From Azolla caroliniana (lineage: Eukaryota > Plantae > Polypodiophyta): DNA of 64,000 nt. Both the position numbers and the translations under genes were made by a program. Shown piece by piece: positions 1 through 12,100 of the stretch. Under the pieces are notes generated by a model. It searched no databases. It was not told the DNA's origin and was given only the letters and a program-made list of their open reading frames with translations. Each line of letters starts with the position of its first letter. The stretch's first letter is position 1. The stretch lies in NCBI GenBank assembly GCA_043228905.1, contig JBHGNT010000012.1, positions 10,230,001 through 10,294,000 of the forward strand. The letters are read 5' to 3'.

Positions 1-94
1 AACGGACCGGACACCGGCAACACCCGCGGAGGAACCAAAGGTTCTCACACCAACGCCAACAGCGGACAGAGAACGGAGGGAACAGGAGAGTCAG

Positions 95-3000
95 TTGGAC
101 GACACGATGCCGTACCCATACCCAAAGTACCGGGATGAGGCCGACGCGGAGGCACACGTGTACACATTCCTCCAAACATGGGAAGCCAACCATATCTCCC
201 AAAGACTGACGGAGCCCGAAGCCGAACGATCCAAAATCGCCAAATTCGGCATAACCTTAGAAGGACCGGCGGCCCAATGGCACGCAAAGCACTTACCAGG
301 CACCTTTGCCACATTCGATGCCTTGAAGGCCAGATTCCTCAGGTTTTTTCACAGACAATTTGAGCAAAGGGAATTGGTCGGGCAGTTCTACACCACTCGA
401 CAGGAAGAGAACGAGACTATGCCACAATTCATCATTCGGTTCCAGACCCTGCACAGCCAACTGACAAGAGCACCACCCGAAGACGAAGCCAAAGCAGTCT
501 TTCTGGCCGCAGTGAAAGAGCCACTTCGAACAATGTGCGGAGTCCTTGATTTCCAAACCAGCACAATGGACCAAGTTATTGATTGGGTTTTAGAAATGGA
601 CAAGACTAGCCCCTTCTTGTCGATGGGGATGTTACACCGGGCACTCCCAAAAGAGGAAGACCTGAGGTTCTGACAGGCCTTACAATGTACAACATGCCTA
701 AATTCGGGGCACTCAACAGTAGACTGCACCCTGCGGACACAATGTGTGATCTGCAACTCTCGAGCCCATACAACGGACCGATGCGAATACAACCTGTTAA
801 ATCGGCAGGCAGCACCGGTTCGACACATAGAACCGCGCAATCAGAACCCGGACGAGGATCGATTCCGGAGAGACGACTGCTACCAACGCGAACGCGGTAA
901 CAGATACGCTGATAGAAGACGCGACAACTATGACCGAGAGGAGAGACGCAGAGATAGCTACCCCCGGGACCGGTACGACAGAGACGAATCCCCGGAAGAC
1001 GACAGACGCGGAGAAGAGAGGCGACAAGGATACGCTGATAGAAGACGCGACAACTATGACCGAGAGGAGAGACGCAAAGATAGCTACCCTCGGGACCAGT
1101 ACGACCGAGACGGAGTCCCGGAATACGACCGACGCAGAGAAGAGAGGCAACAAGGGAACCGAAATTTCCGACGGAATCAGAAGCGTGGATTTTTCCGAAG
1201 AGAGGAACGTCGGGAGGCAGCAAGGAATGACAACCCGGTATCCGTACCGGATAACCGAAAAACCGAAGACGACCGCCGGAGCATACCCACCCTCCAAACC
1301 GGGGACAAAGGAGAAACGAGCAACAGTCACAAGGTGTACTGTTATTACTGCCGCAAGGAAGGCCACTATAGTAACCAATGCCCAAGCAAAAGCTATGACA
1401 AGCAGCCGGAAGTCAACATGGTTACAGCCGAAATAACAGAAGTACAACAGGTCACAACCCGGTCAAAGGGAAAGACAGCCGAGTGGGAAGCCCAGGAGGC
1501 AATCAGAAAACAAGCGACACAATGGATCAAGGAGGCCAATGAACAGAATGCGGCAGAAGTAAGAGACCAAAATATGCCAAAAGACGAAGAAATCATACAG
1601 CCAGAAGAAAACCCGACGTGGCAAGCGCTACAGGACTGTCAAATCGTGCTGCCGTTAGCACGACTACTACAGTTAGTGCCACGATTTACGGCAGACCTAC
1701 AGGCATCCGTCAGCAAACCGAAGCCGACGCCAGCACCGGCATTCTTCTCCAACCCGGAGGAAGGACCAGCGGTGGTCGATACAAGTAGCCCGGCGATCAC
1801 GACAATCGTGAAAGGAAAGGAAATTGCTGGAACGATTATTGACGGAGGCTCCGGGGTAAATGTCATCAGCCAACAGACATGCAACGACCTGGGCATCCGG
1901 GAATGGGAACCATGCCCCTTATGGTTACGCATGGCGGATACTAGCTCAGTCCGACCGACCGGGCTTATCCGGGATTTGGAAATCACGATTGGAGGCCACG
2001 TATTCCGGATATCGGCCGTGGTGCTGCAGCTGAATGTACAAGGCGCGTACCCCCTACTGCTAGGACGACCATGGCTGCGAACGGCGCATATCAAGCAGAA
2101 CTGGCAAAAGAACATGATCACATTCCGGCGAGGGAAAACAAAGGTACGAGTAACGACGCAACCACGGGTGATCACCAGTAAGGAAGCAACTCCATTGTAT
2201 GCGGAAAGCATTAACATGTTGGAGGGATTACCGGACGAGGAAGTCGAGCGGTACCTCGAGGAACACCCACGAATCGTCCCACTATTTGAGGTGGATATCA
2301 CGGCGGCAGTAGAACCGTACATTACGACGCCGGAAGAACCGGACCAAGCGGCGATCCGGGAACTACGACAAGCGCAGGAATCCCTAGAGAGGGAAATGAC
2401 GATATCCCAGAGGGTAAAAGCATCCCAACTCGAGGAGGTGGACCTCGGCATAGCAGACAAGCCCCGACCGGTAAATGTTGCAAAGGAATTGCCGAAGGAA
2501 GAAAAGAAGGCAATGGTAGCATTGTTAACAGACTTCAAGGATGTGTTCGCGTGGTCGTACGAAGACATGCGAGGGCTGGACCCCCAGCTCTATCAGCACC
2601 AAATTCACCTAAGTACGGACGCGAAACCGATTGCTCAACGCAGATACCGGATGAATCCGAATTATGCGGCAAAGGTGAAGGAGGAAATTGATAAGCTCCT
2701 CCGGGTCGGATTTATCCGACCGGTCAAGCAGGCAACCTGGCTGAGTCCGATAGTGGTGGTCCCGAAAAAGAACGGAAAAATCCGGGTATGCGTGGACTAC
2801 CGAAAACTAAATGCCGCAACAGTGACCGATGCGTTTCCACTACCATTTACGGTCGGGGTGTTAGATGCGGTAGCCGGGCACGAAGTTTACAGCTTCCTGG
2901 ATGGATTTAGCGGCTACAACCAAATACGAATGAACCCGGCCGACCAAGAGAAGACAACGTTTGTGACGGAATGGGGAGTGTTCGTCGCGGTCGTGATGAT

Positions 3001-5431
3001 GTTCGGACTAAAGACGGCTCCAACGACCTTTCAAAGGATAATAATGGAAATTTTCGGGGAATATATCCCCGGTTTTATGCAGGTCTTCCTTGACGATTTC
3101 GCGGTTTACAGCCGACACGGAGAGCATCTCGATCACCTCCGACTGTGCTTGGAGAAGTGCCGCGAGTACCGATTGAGCCTGAATCCGGCCAAGTGCGTCT
3201 TTGGAGTGGCAAGCGTCAACTTGCTAGGGCACGTGGTGAGTAAGGAAGGAATCGCGGTAGATCCGGATAAAGTCAAGGCGATTCTCGATGCACCAGCACC
3301 AAGTAACGCAAAGGCTTTAAGCCGGTTCCTGGGCCAAATAAGGTGGCATAGCCGGATGATACGGCACCTCGCGGACTTCGCTACACCTTTACATACCGCC
3401 GTACATAGGGTACCCTTCCTATGGCCAGAGACGGAGGAGGAAGCCTACAAAGCGTTGAAGGTCATGCTGTCGCAAGCTCCGGTGGTGCAACCGCCGGATT
3501 GGAGTAAAAGCTTTCACGTCTTCGTCGACGCGTCGGACGTAGCAATCGGCAGCGTTCTGATGCAACTCACAGAGCCGAAATGGTACCGACCGGTGTACTA
3601 CGCAAGCCGGAAACTCTCAAAAGCCGAACGGAATTACTCTACGACGGAACGCGAGGCATTGGGAATGGTGTATAGTGTCACAAAGTACATGCACTATCTG
3701 CTCGGAAGGAAGTTTTCCTTCCATGTCGACCATTCGGCACTACTCTACCTGGTCTCGAAGTCATCCCTGACGGGAAAAATTGCACGGTGGACACTGCTAC
3801 TACAGGAATTTGAATTCGACATTTTCCACCGACCCGGGGCGCAGCATGCGGTTGCGGACTATCTAAGCAGACTTGAATCTGGAGAAGCAGGGGACGGCGT
3901 CCAGGATGAGTTTCCCGACGCCGAATTGTTCCGGATCACGACGAAACCGGCAACGGATACAACGGTAGCCGACGAAGACACATGGCTAACTGAGATGCAC
4001 CAGTTCCTGAGCACCGGAGTTCCCCCGGACAACATGGACCGCGATGAAAGGAAAAGGGTAGCAGTAAGAAGTAGACATTTCTGCTTGGTTGGAGACACCC
4101 TCTATCACAAGGGGGCAGATGGCATCTGGAGACGAGCAATACGGAACGATGAGAAGGATCTAATCCTCAGGGAAGCCCACTGTGGAATTGTCGGCGGGCA
4201 TTATGCCGGCGACGCAACCGCTCGAAAAATATGGCAGAGCGGACTGTGGTGGCCGACCACCCTAAAAGATGCCGTGAAGTATAGCAGAGAATGCGATTTG
4301 TGTCAACGACTGGGCCAACCCACAGAGCAGGCCCGGATGCCACACCACCCGGTCTTGCCCTTAGAACCGTTTCAAAAGTGGGGGTTGGACTTTGTCGGTC
4401 CCTTCAAACCACCGGCAATGCGAACCGGAAATCGGTATGTCATTGTGGCGACCGACTATTGCACCAAATGGGTAGAAGCAAAGGCCTTACGGGACAACAC
4501 GGCCGCTTCCACGGCAAAGTTTCTGTACGAATGCATATGGTGCCGGTATGGATGCCCGATCGAGCTTATAAGTGACCAAGGAGGACATTTTCTCGGGAAG
4601 GTAGTAGAAAGCCTGACGTCATTTTACGCGGTGGTACATAAAAAGAGTACACCCTACTACCCTCAAGCCAATGGACTAGCGGAATCAACGAACAAAACTC
4701 TGCAGAACATCCTATGAAAAATCGTCAACGAGAACCGGACCGACTGGGATACGAAATTGCAAAGCGCGCTATGGGCGTACCGAACAACGTACAAAACCAG
4801 CATCCGGACAACCCCGTTCCGACTAGCATTCGGGTTAGAAGCGGTCATGCCAGTAGAGTTCCAGATCCCCAGCTTACGGATTCAGGTAAAGGAGCGCTTA
4901 AGTGAGAACGAGTCCGAACGAATCCGACTAGCAACGCTGTTGGAATTAGAGGAAAACCGAATAGCCAGCTTACTACAACTCGAACTGGAGCAAAGGAGGA
5001 GAAAAGCCTTCGTGGACCGACACCGGCGTGGCAATGAAAAGGAGTTCGAAGTCGGGAAACCGGTGCTACTATTCCAGACAAGGATGGGGAACATGCCGGG
5101 AAAGTTGCGGTTTCGATGGACCGGACCGTTCTGGATCACCAAGGAGTACAATGGGTCGTATCAGCTCGACACGTTGTCTGGAGATGTCATCGGCAAGTGG
5201 GCAAATGGATTTCGGCTAAAGCCGTATAAAGGAAATATGCCAGCCAACCCGTTCAAGCGAAACCCGGAAATCCGGCAAGAAGAGGAACCGACACCGACAG
5301 ACGCTGCTGAAGACATTCGGACCGAGGAAGAACCGACACCAATACTGATGAGGACCATCCCGGAAAACCGACAGAAGGATCCGGTATCCACACGAACCGA
5401 CCCGAACAAAGCGGGGGGGACCAGCAAATGA
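95..5431 (+). pseudogene. gag-pol polyprotein of A1, nearly intact
   Basis: ORFs 95-673, 746-4717 and 4757-5431 share one frame and are broken by two TGA stops; zinc knuckle CYYCRKEGHYSNQC, protease IIDGGSG, RT LDGFSGYNQ/FLDD, RNase H VDAS, integrase HHCC and GLDFVGP. Confidence 0.93.
903..1155 (+). repeat. 126-bp in-frame tandem duplication in gag (R/D-rich)
   Basis: YADRRRDNYDREERR block occurs twice; DNA copies near-identical. Confidence 0.85.
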
Positions 5432-5650
5432 CGTGGTCCAAGCAATAAAATAAAATAAATAAATAAATAAATAAATGACGTGGGCAGAATCGACGCGAAT
5501 CATCGTAATGATGGGGAGATCACAAGAGGTGGGAGCGCCACCATGCAACGAAGAGGCGCCATGCATTAAAGAAGGACGTGTGCGGACTTGCTATTTAAAG
5601 CAGGGAACGTGGGCACTCACACGCGGCAAACAAGAAAGGACATACTAATT

Positions 5651-8600
5651 ATGGCGGGAGAGGAACATGCGCGGGAAACGAAAAAGGACGGCTCGAGGCA
5701 CAACCCACTATATAAGACACAAGCCTGCGAAGGGCTCACGTTTTACGAATTTTCCTACATACAGGCGCAGAAGCACAGAAGAGCGACCCGACGCACAGAG
5801 CACACACAGCGCGATCCCGAACACCAGGCAACAGACGAAGAATTCGAAGCAATGGTACTGTCGGAAGAGGCACGCCAATGGATGAGGGAGAACGGGTTAA
5901 AAGGCTTGCTGCGGATCGCCGACGCTCCACCACACGCAGAACCAGAGCAGGCGGCAGCATCGATCGATATATCAGAAGTCATGGAAGGAGCGGTGCAGGC
6001 ACTCACGCGGATCAAAGCAGGAGGACTGCAAACAATCGAAAACCCTTCCAGTGAAATCCTGTTCGAATATTTCGGGGAATACTCTATCAGCAGCAAGGCG
6101 TACCGAACGCAGGGCGGAGAGAACCTGCTGTTCGGAGAAGTGGCCCGCGCTATGATGGAATACGGATTCGTGAATCCCCGTCCCCCAGCCATAGCCAAGT
6201 ATCGGGCAGCATTCTTGATAGCAGCGTACGAGGGCTTACAAATAGACTGGCTCCATTTCATAACCGAAGGATTGAAGGAGGCCATCAAAAATCTGGTGGA
6301 AGGAAAAAAGCCATGGGCCGGGATAGCACAATGGCTAACGGTGTTAGTCCCACCGGTACTCCCCATCACACAAAAGAAAAGAGGTCGGCAGGAGACGACG
6401 CCGAAAAAGGTCACAAAGCGCCGACAGATCTTGGAGAAACACACCCCCGGATGGACCCCGCAAGAAGCAGAGAAGCAGGGGGAAGGACCATCCCGACAGC
6501 AACAGGAACCGGCAACAAAGGCAAAACCGGCAGGTAAAGGCAAAGGGAAAGCGGCTGAGGAGGAACCGGTAGCGCGCAAACCAATCCATATAACGCTGCG
6601 ACGGCCGGAACCGGAACCAGAGGTCTCTAGACAAAAGGTTCGTCTGGTAACCGCACCGGAGGAGGAAACTGAAACAGAAGACTCATCCGAACCACTGGTA
6701 AGACTCCCAGCAAGACAAGGTCGGGAGAAACGGGCGAAAGGACCGGCTCCACCAGTGGACAGAACTTAGCAGAGGGCGCAAGGACCATCTCCAGTAGCCG
6801 AGGCGGAAACAGCACCGGAACCCGTACCCAGGGAAGCAGCACCGACACCGGTTGGGCCGGACTTCAGAAAACCGGTCATCCCAGAGAAGAAGAAGGAACG
6901 AGCGCCGGAGCCGGAGCCAGAGAAGAGGCCGGAAAATCAGCTTGGCTTAAGTGAGCAAGGCCACACCGAAATCGGAAGAACAAAGCCACAATGGCTGAGA
7001 TGGCTTTCGTAGCAGTTATCGGGAGTAGCGGACCAGTTAGAGAAAGAAGAAACGTGTCGGCAACAGCTGACGCATACAACAACTCAGGAGTTGGTCACGC
7101 TCCGAACACAGATCGAGGAAATGCAAGGGGAGTTGTTGCAGGCAAGGGAAGGAATTCAACAAGCACAAGCTGTCACCGAGCCGGTCGGGACAACAAGGAA
7201 GCAACCAGAACCGGAACCGGAACTGGTAGCCTTGCAAACCGGCCCTGAGACCGAAAAAATAATAGAAACCTTACGAGAGGAGTTACAAGCTCAGGAGGCA
7301 TTAAGGGAAAGAGAAAGGGAGCAGCGGAAAGCGGTGGAGGATGACAGACGAAAAATGGAAGAAGGCCTCCGGAAAGGTCGAGCCGCTAATGACCGACTGC
7401 AAGAAGAAAAAGAGAAGCTGCAGAAGGAGAAGGACCGACTACGTCGACATGCGGAACAAGAGATAGAACGACTGCAGGAAGAACTCCGACAACAGAAGGA
7501 CCGGGACGATCGGTTAAGAGCTCAGGCAACCCGACGCTTGAAGCAGAAGACGGAGGACTTCGACCGTCTCTACCGAGATCACAAGCAGGCCGAGTCGGAC
7601 AACAAAAAACGAGCACCAGACTACGACCGACAAATAGAGAAGCTGAAAGAGCAGCTCAAAGAGACCCGATTAGACCTGGCTAAGGCGATGGATGAGGTCA
7701 GTGCCAACAAGGAAGCATTGTCGGCGGAAATAGCCCAAGCAACGGAGAGAAGGAAGGAATTAGAGGCGCTAAGGCGGGAAAAGCTGGACCTGACCAAGTT
7801 CAGGAATGAAGAAAAGGAAAAATCGACCTTCACGATCAGCAAACTGCAGAGTACCTATGAAAAGCAGAAAGCAGATTACGAGGCCCAGGCTCAGATAATG
7901 GCCGACATTATAAAACGGGCAAGGAAGGAAAAGCAGGAAGCTTATGCGCATGCTAAGGCAGGAGTTGACCGGATCAAGCTCATCATGTCAGGATGGAGTA
8001 CCCGAGCTCAGGGAAGTATCAACGAAAGTACGGAAAAGCTATGGAAGGAGTGGTCACAACAGGCAGCCGAGCTGCAGACACTCCGAGCGGATGCCGAGAA
8101 TCGGAAGAAGACCGGCGACAGGTTCTACAAGATGGATGAAGAAAGTATCGTCGCCATTCGGGAGGAATTGTCGGAGGATTTCTACACTTTAGTAGAAGAA
8201 CACCTCAAAGAAATCCGAGGGTTGGTAGAGAGGTTGGATGACGGGCAGCTCGCAACTCAGTTGGAGTTGGAGAGATACGAGCAGGACTGGTTACGACAGG
8301 AAGCTAAGGGAAGAACGACGCCAACCACTATTGGTGAGGGAACGCGACCGGCTGAAGATGAACCAACCGACACCGAACAACCCCGACGAGGAATACCTGA
8401 AGACGAACTTGAAGAAGAGCAGGAGCGGACCGATGCCAGAGAAGAAGAAGAGCTGAGACCGGAAGACACCAGGGCAGAGGAAGGAGGCATATCAAGTCGA
8501 CCAGTCGAGACCAGAGAAAGCGACACCGGTAACAGAACAGAGCCAGGAACGGAGGGAGAACAGGAAGAACCCGGACGAAGCGGTGAGGAAGCACCGGCAC

Positions 8601-8755
8601 CACGGAATCAAGCAGAGCCGGAGCAGAAAATTTTTACGGAACAGCCTACCCAACAGGAGGTCGGAGACCAAGCAGGCAAGGAACAAGAACAGGAGGAAGA
8701 AGCACCACTTGACACTATCGAGCAAAGTGTGCTCGATATTTTGGAGGAAGACTGA
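5651..8755 (+). pseudogene. Extra ORF of family A (~1035 codons: conserved N-terminal domain, acidic/Pro linker, long coiled coil)
   Basis: ORFs 5588-6769 and 7091-8755 are in the same frame with two TAG stops between them; TATA-like CTATTTAAAG at 5591; homologues in A2, A4, A5. Confidence 0.8.
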
Positions 8756-8805
8756 GGCCGGGAGTGGATTCGAAGTGCAAGGCACTTTCCCACGGGTGTG
8801 CCATG

Positions 8806-9191
8806 TGTTGGCCGGTCAGAAGAGCAAGGACAAGTGGGAAGGCGGAATCGGATCGGATAATAGGAAGTAATAGTAGAATTATTATTCGGAGGGACGGATT
8901 CGGTACAGTTGTACCGATCCGGATCCGAACCGATTCGGATGTCGGTTGCCTAAGCGCACCGATTGTAACCTTGCCGGATGCCTATAAAAGGATCCGATGA
9001 TTTGTAAAGTGTTTTGACGGAAGTAATACAATAGCAATTATTGTGTATTTATCTGTATCTCGTATTGTTTGCCGTCCGTGCTTAATTGTAATCATCTTAT
9101 GCGTGTAACCTAGCATCCAATCCTTACCACCCCTTTGGAGAAGTGTCGGGTAGACACCTGTGTTGAGGCTAGTCCAGCCAGACAGACAACA
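8806..9191 (+). repeat. 3' LTR of A1
   Basis: TGTTG...CAACA termini, CTATAAAAG box, similar in layout to the paired A4 LTRs, same upstream GGGTGTGCCATG context as the A4 3' LTR. Confidence 0.85.
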
Positions 9192-12100
9192 AGCTATTGG
9201 TTGGTCAGACGGCAAGCACGGTCTTCCGGGTCCTTTTGTTTTCGGAGTTCTTCCTTGAGTCGCTCGATCTCCACTTCCGCTGTGTGCCAGAGTTTGTCCT
9301 TTTCCTATAGGAGTCTTTCTTTTTCTTCCTTCAGCCGGTCATATGCTTGATGATCTTTTCTCAAGCTTTCCTCTGCTCGGCGGAGGCTGTCGGCCGTCTT
9401 CCTTTGTTCCTCCTGCGCCGCTTTTTACAATTCTTGCTCCCTGGCTCGTAAGGCTTCTTGTGTTGCCAGGTCTTCCCGTAATGTGGCGAGCTCTTGTGCT
9501 GGTGTTTTATTAGTATTCGGGCCTGCTTTAGTCCCCGGGGTCTTATTGTTCTGTAAAGTTACGAGAGCCACTAGTTTCGATTGCTGTGGTCCTTCTATTA
9601 CCAACTTGGCCATTTCTGTTTTGGTCTTCTCTATGTCTTCCTCCATGCTCTGGATTCTTGACCGGGCCTTCTCTAATTCCTCGGTTGTGGCTAGCAACCG
9701 GTCTTCATGCGCTCTCTCTTCCGCGTCTAACTGGCAAACGACCCCAATCACTTGTTCTGCTATCCATCATAGCCATTGACTGTCGGTGCCTTGTTGTCGT
9801 GCCGGTTCTGGTCGTGGGATGGCTTCTTCACTAGCCATGATCCAACCCTAAACCGGTTACGTTAAGCGGTCGCTCCGGTTCTGGCTATTGCTGCTGCGAC
9901 GGCGACACTAGCAATTCAATGACTGGTTCTTGATCCACCAGTACTGCCGTGTCCTGGACCGCTATGTCCTGGCGTACCAATTGCTCTGTCACCGATTCTT
10001 GTTGAACCAGTTCTAACGCCTTTCTTGACTATGGCTCCTTAGGGAGGGGTTCTAGTATAATGTCCTCCATCGGACTTGATTTCTCCCCTTCGTGGGCCTT
10101 GTCACTTGTCTGTCGACGACGTATCATAGTCTCGGTAGGCTCGTCTTCCTGTTCTTCTTCCTCCAGGGTCTTGCTATTGATTAACACCACGAAGAAGTCT
10201 TGCCCCTGTGGTTTGTCCGGTTGTTGTTTTGCTTGTTGTTTCGTCTAGCATAGCATGATTTTCACAGGTCTCACCGGGGTGTCCACCGATGCCTCATTCT
10301 CTGCCAACCGCTTCTGATTAGTCCGCTCCTTCACCTTTTGTGAAGTGTCGGACTCCTTCCAGCCTATCGCCTGGGTAGCTAGGAGTTGCTGCCGTTTTGA
10401 AGTTGTTTTGGGGGTCCATTCTGTCGGCCTTCCCCGCTTCCTTTGTTTCATGGGATCCACCGGTGGTGCTAACAGAGTCAGCCATTGCACTACCACTATC
10501 CACATCTTTTTGCCATCTTTTACTGAAATGATGACATCGCTCAGGCCGTTGGCGATCATTACCGACCAATCCACCTGTACTCCCTCATAGGTGGCTATGA
10601 TCAAACCGGCTCTATTCCTGGGCATAGCCGGTGGTCGGGGGTATACATGACCATACTCGTGGAGTACCCGAGCAATTTCCCGAAACAATAGGTCTTCGCC
10701 GCCTTGCATGCTGTATGCCTTGTTGCCTTGGGAGTATTCTCCAAAATACCTCGTCAACAGCTCTTGTGAAGGGTTGTCGATCGAGTATATTCCCCGTTCT
10801 GGTAAGCTGGTCAGGGCTCGGATGGCTTCCTCGGTGATGACCTCCATGTCGATGTCTTTGACGACATTTTCCGCATCTCCGTGCGGCGGTGCTTCGACTA
10901 TCCTCAAGAATCCCTCCGGACCATGTTGCTTACGCCATTTCTGGGCCGCTTCTAAGAGTACCATGCATTCCATGTCGTCGTGGGAGTCGGTAGGTTGTGG
11001 TAAGATTGGTGTGCCTTTGTGTTCTGCTTGCTCTCGCCTGATCACTCATAATCGCCTGTGTGCGCTGAGATCTCTGTGTTCGCGAAATGAAAGGGACTCT
11101 GCGCGGCGGAGGTTTTCTTTCTCCATGCGTGGCGCCTTTTTATGATTCCTGCACATGCAAGTCTTGTACTAATATAGCAGTCAGTTGAGACGTGGTGCGT
11201 TTCTAAAGAGGCTTTAATTAGCCACCCACCATACCTTTTCAAAGTGCCTGTTCGCTCCTTGCCTATCCATGATGACTTTTTTTTTTTTGATAGTTGAGTT
11301 TTAGTTAACCGGAATGCGCAAACTAGGTACTCGAAATTCGACCGGCATCACAGCCTCTAGTCCAAACGCTAGCCGGAACGGTGTTGACTGTATGCTTGTT
11401 TTGTAACTAGTTATGTATGCCCATAACGCACTCTAGAGTTTGGTATCCCAGTCTGTTCTATTTTCATTGATGGTTTTCTTCAAAATGGTCTGTAAAGTTT
11501 TGTTCGTGGATTCCGCTAATCCATTCGCCTACGGGTAGTATGGCGTGCTCTTCTTGCGGATTACTACGTAATGCTGTGTTAGTTCCTGAACCACCATATT
11601 GAGGAAGTGGCTCCCCTGGTCACTGATGAGCTCAATCGGGTAGTGGAACCGGCACTAGATGTGCTCGTACAAAAATTTGGCTGTGACGGCTGCCATATTT
11701 TCCCGTAGTGCCTTTGCTTCTACCCATTTGGTACAATAATCTGTGGCTACCAATATGTATTTGTTGCCCGTACGGGCCGCTGCTGGTGTGAAGGGCCCCA
11801 CAAAAGCCAATCCCCACTTTTGGAAGGGGTCCAGCGGTAATACAGGCTGGTGTGGTATCCTTGTGTCCTCCGTGGGCTGACCCATCCGTTGGCACAAATC
11901 ACACTTTCTACAATACTCGGATGTGTCCTTCTGCGTTGTTGGCCACCATAAGCCCGCTTGCCATACTTTGCGGGCTGTCACGTTGCCCGCGTAATGGCCG
12001 CCGGCCGTGCCGCAGTATGCCTCCCGTAAAACTGCTTCTTTTTCATCCTGACGGACTCCACGTCGCCAAATGCCGTCACTTCCTTTGTGATATAAATTCC

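Larger units (their letters stand above)
1..9191 (+). mobile_element. Ty3/Gypsy LTR retrotransposon, family A copy A1 (5' end outside window)
   Basis: gag-PR-RT-RH-INT order, large 3' extra ORF, 3' LTR at 8806-9191; followed directly by sequence of copy A2, into which it inserted. Confidence 0.93.

Noticed and set aside
606-2568. Long antisense ORFs over gag-pol (also 5755-6579, 62995-63822 and similar)
   Set aside because: Shadow frames of GC-rich coding sequence with no recognisable motifs
7091-8755. Host myosin/SMC-like gene or retroviral env
   Set aside because: Lies between pol and the 3' LTR in several copies; no ATPase motifs or transmembrane segment seen
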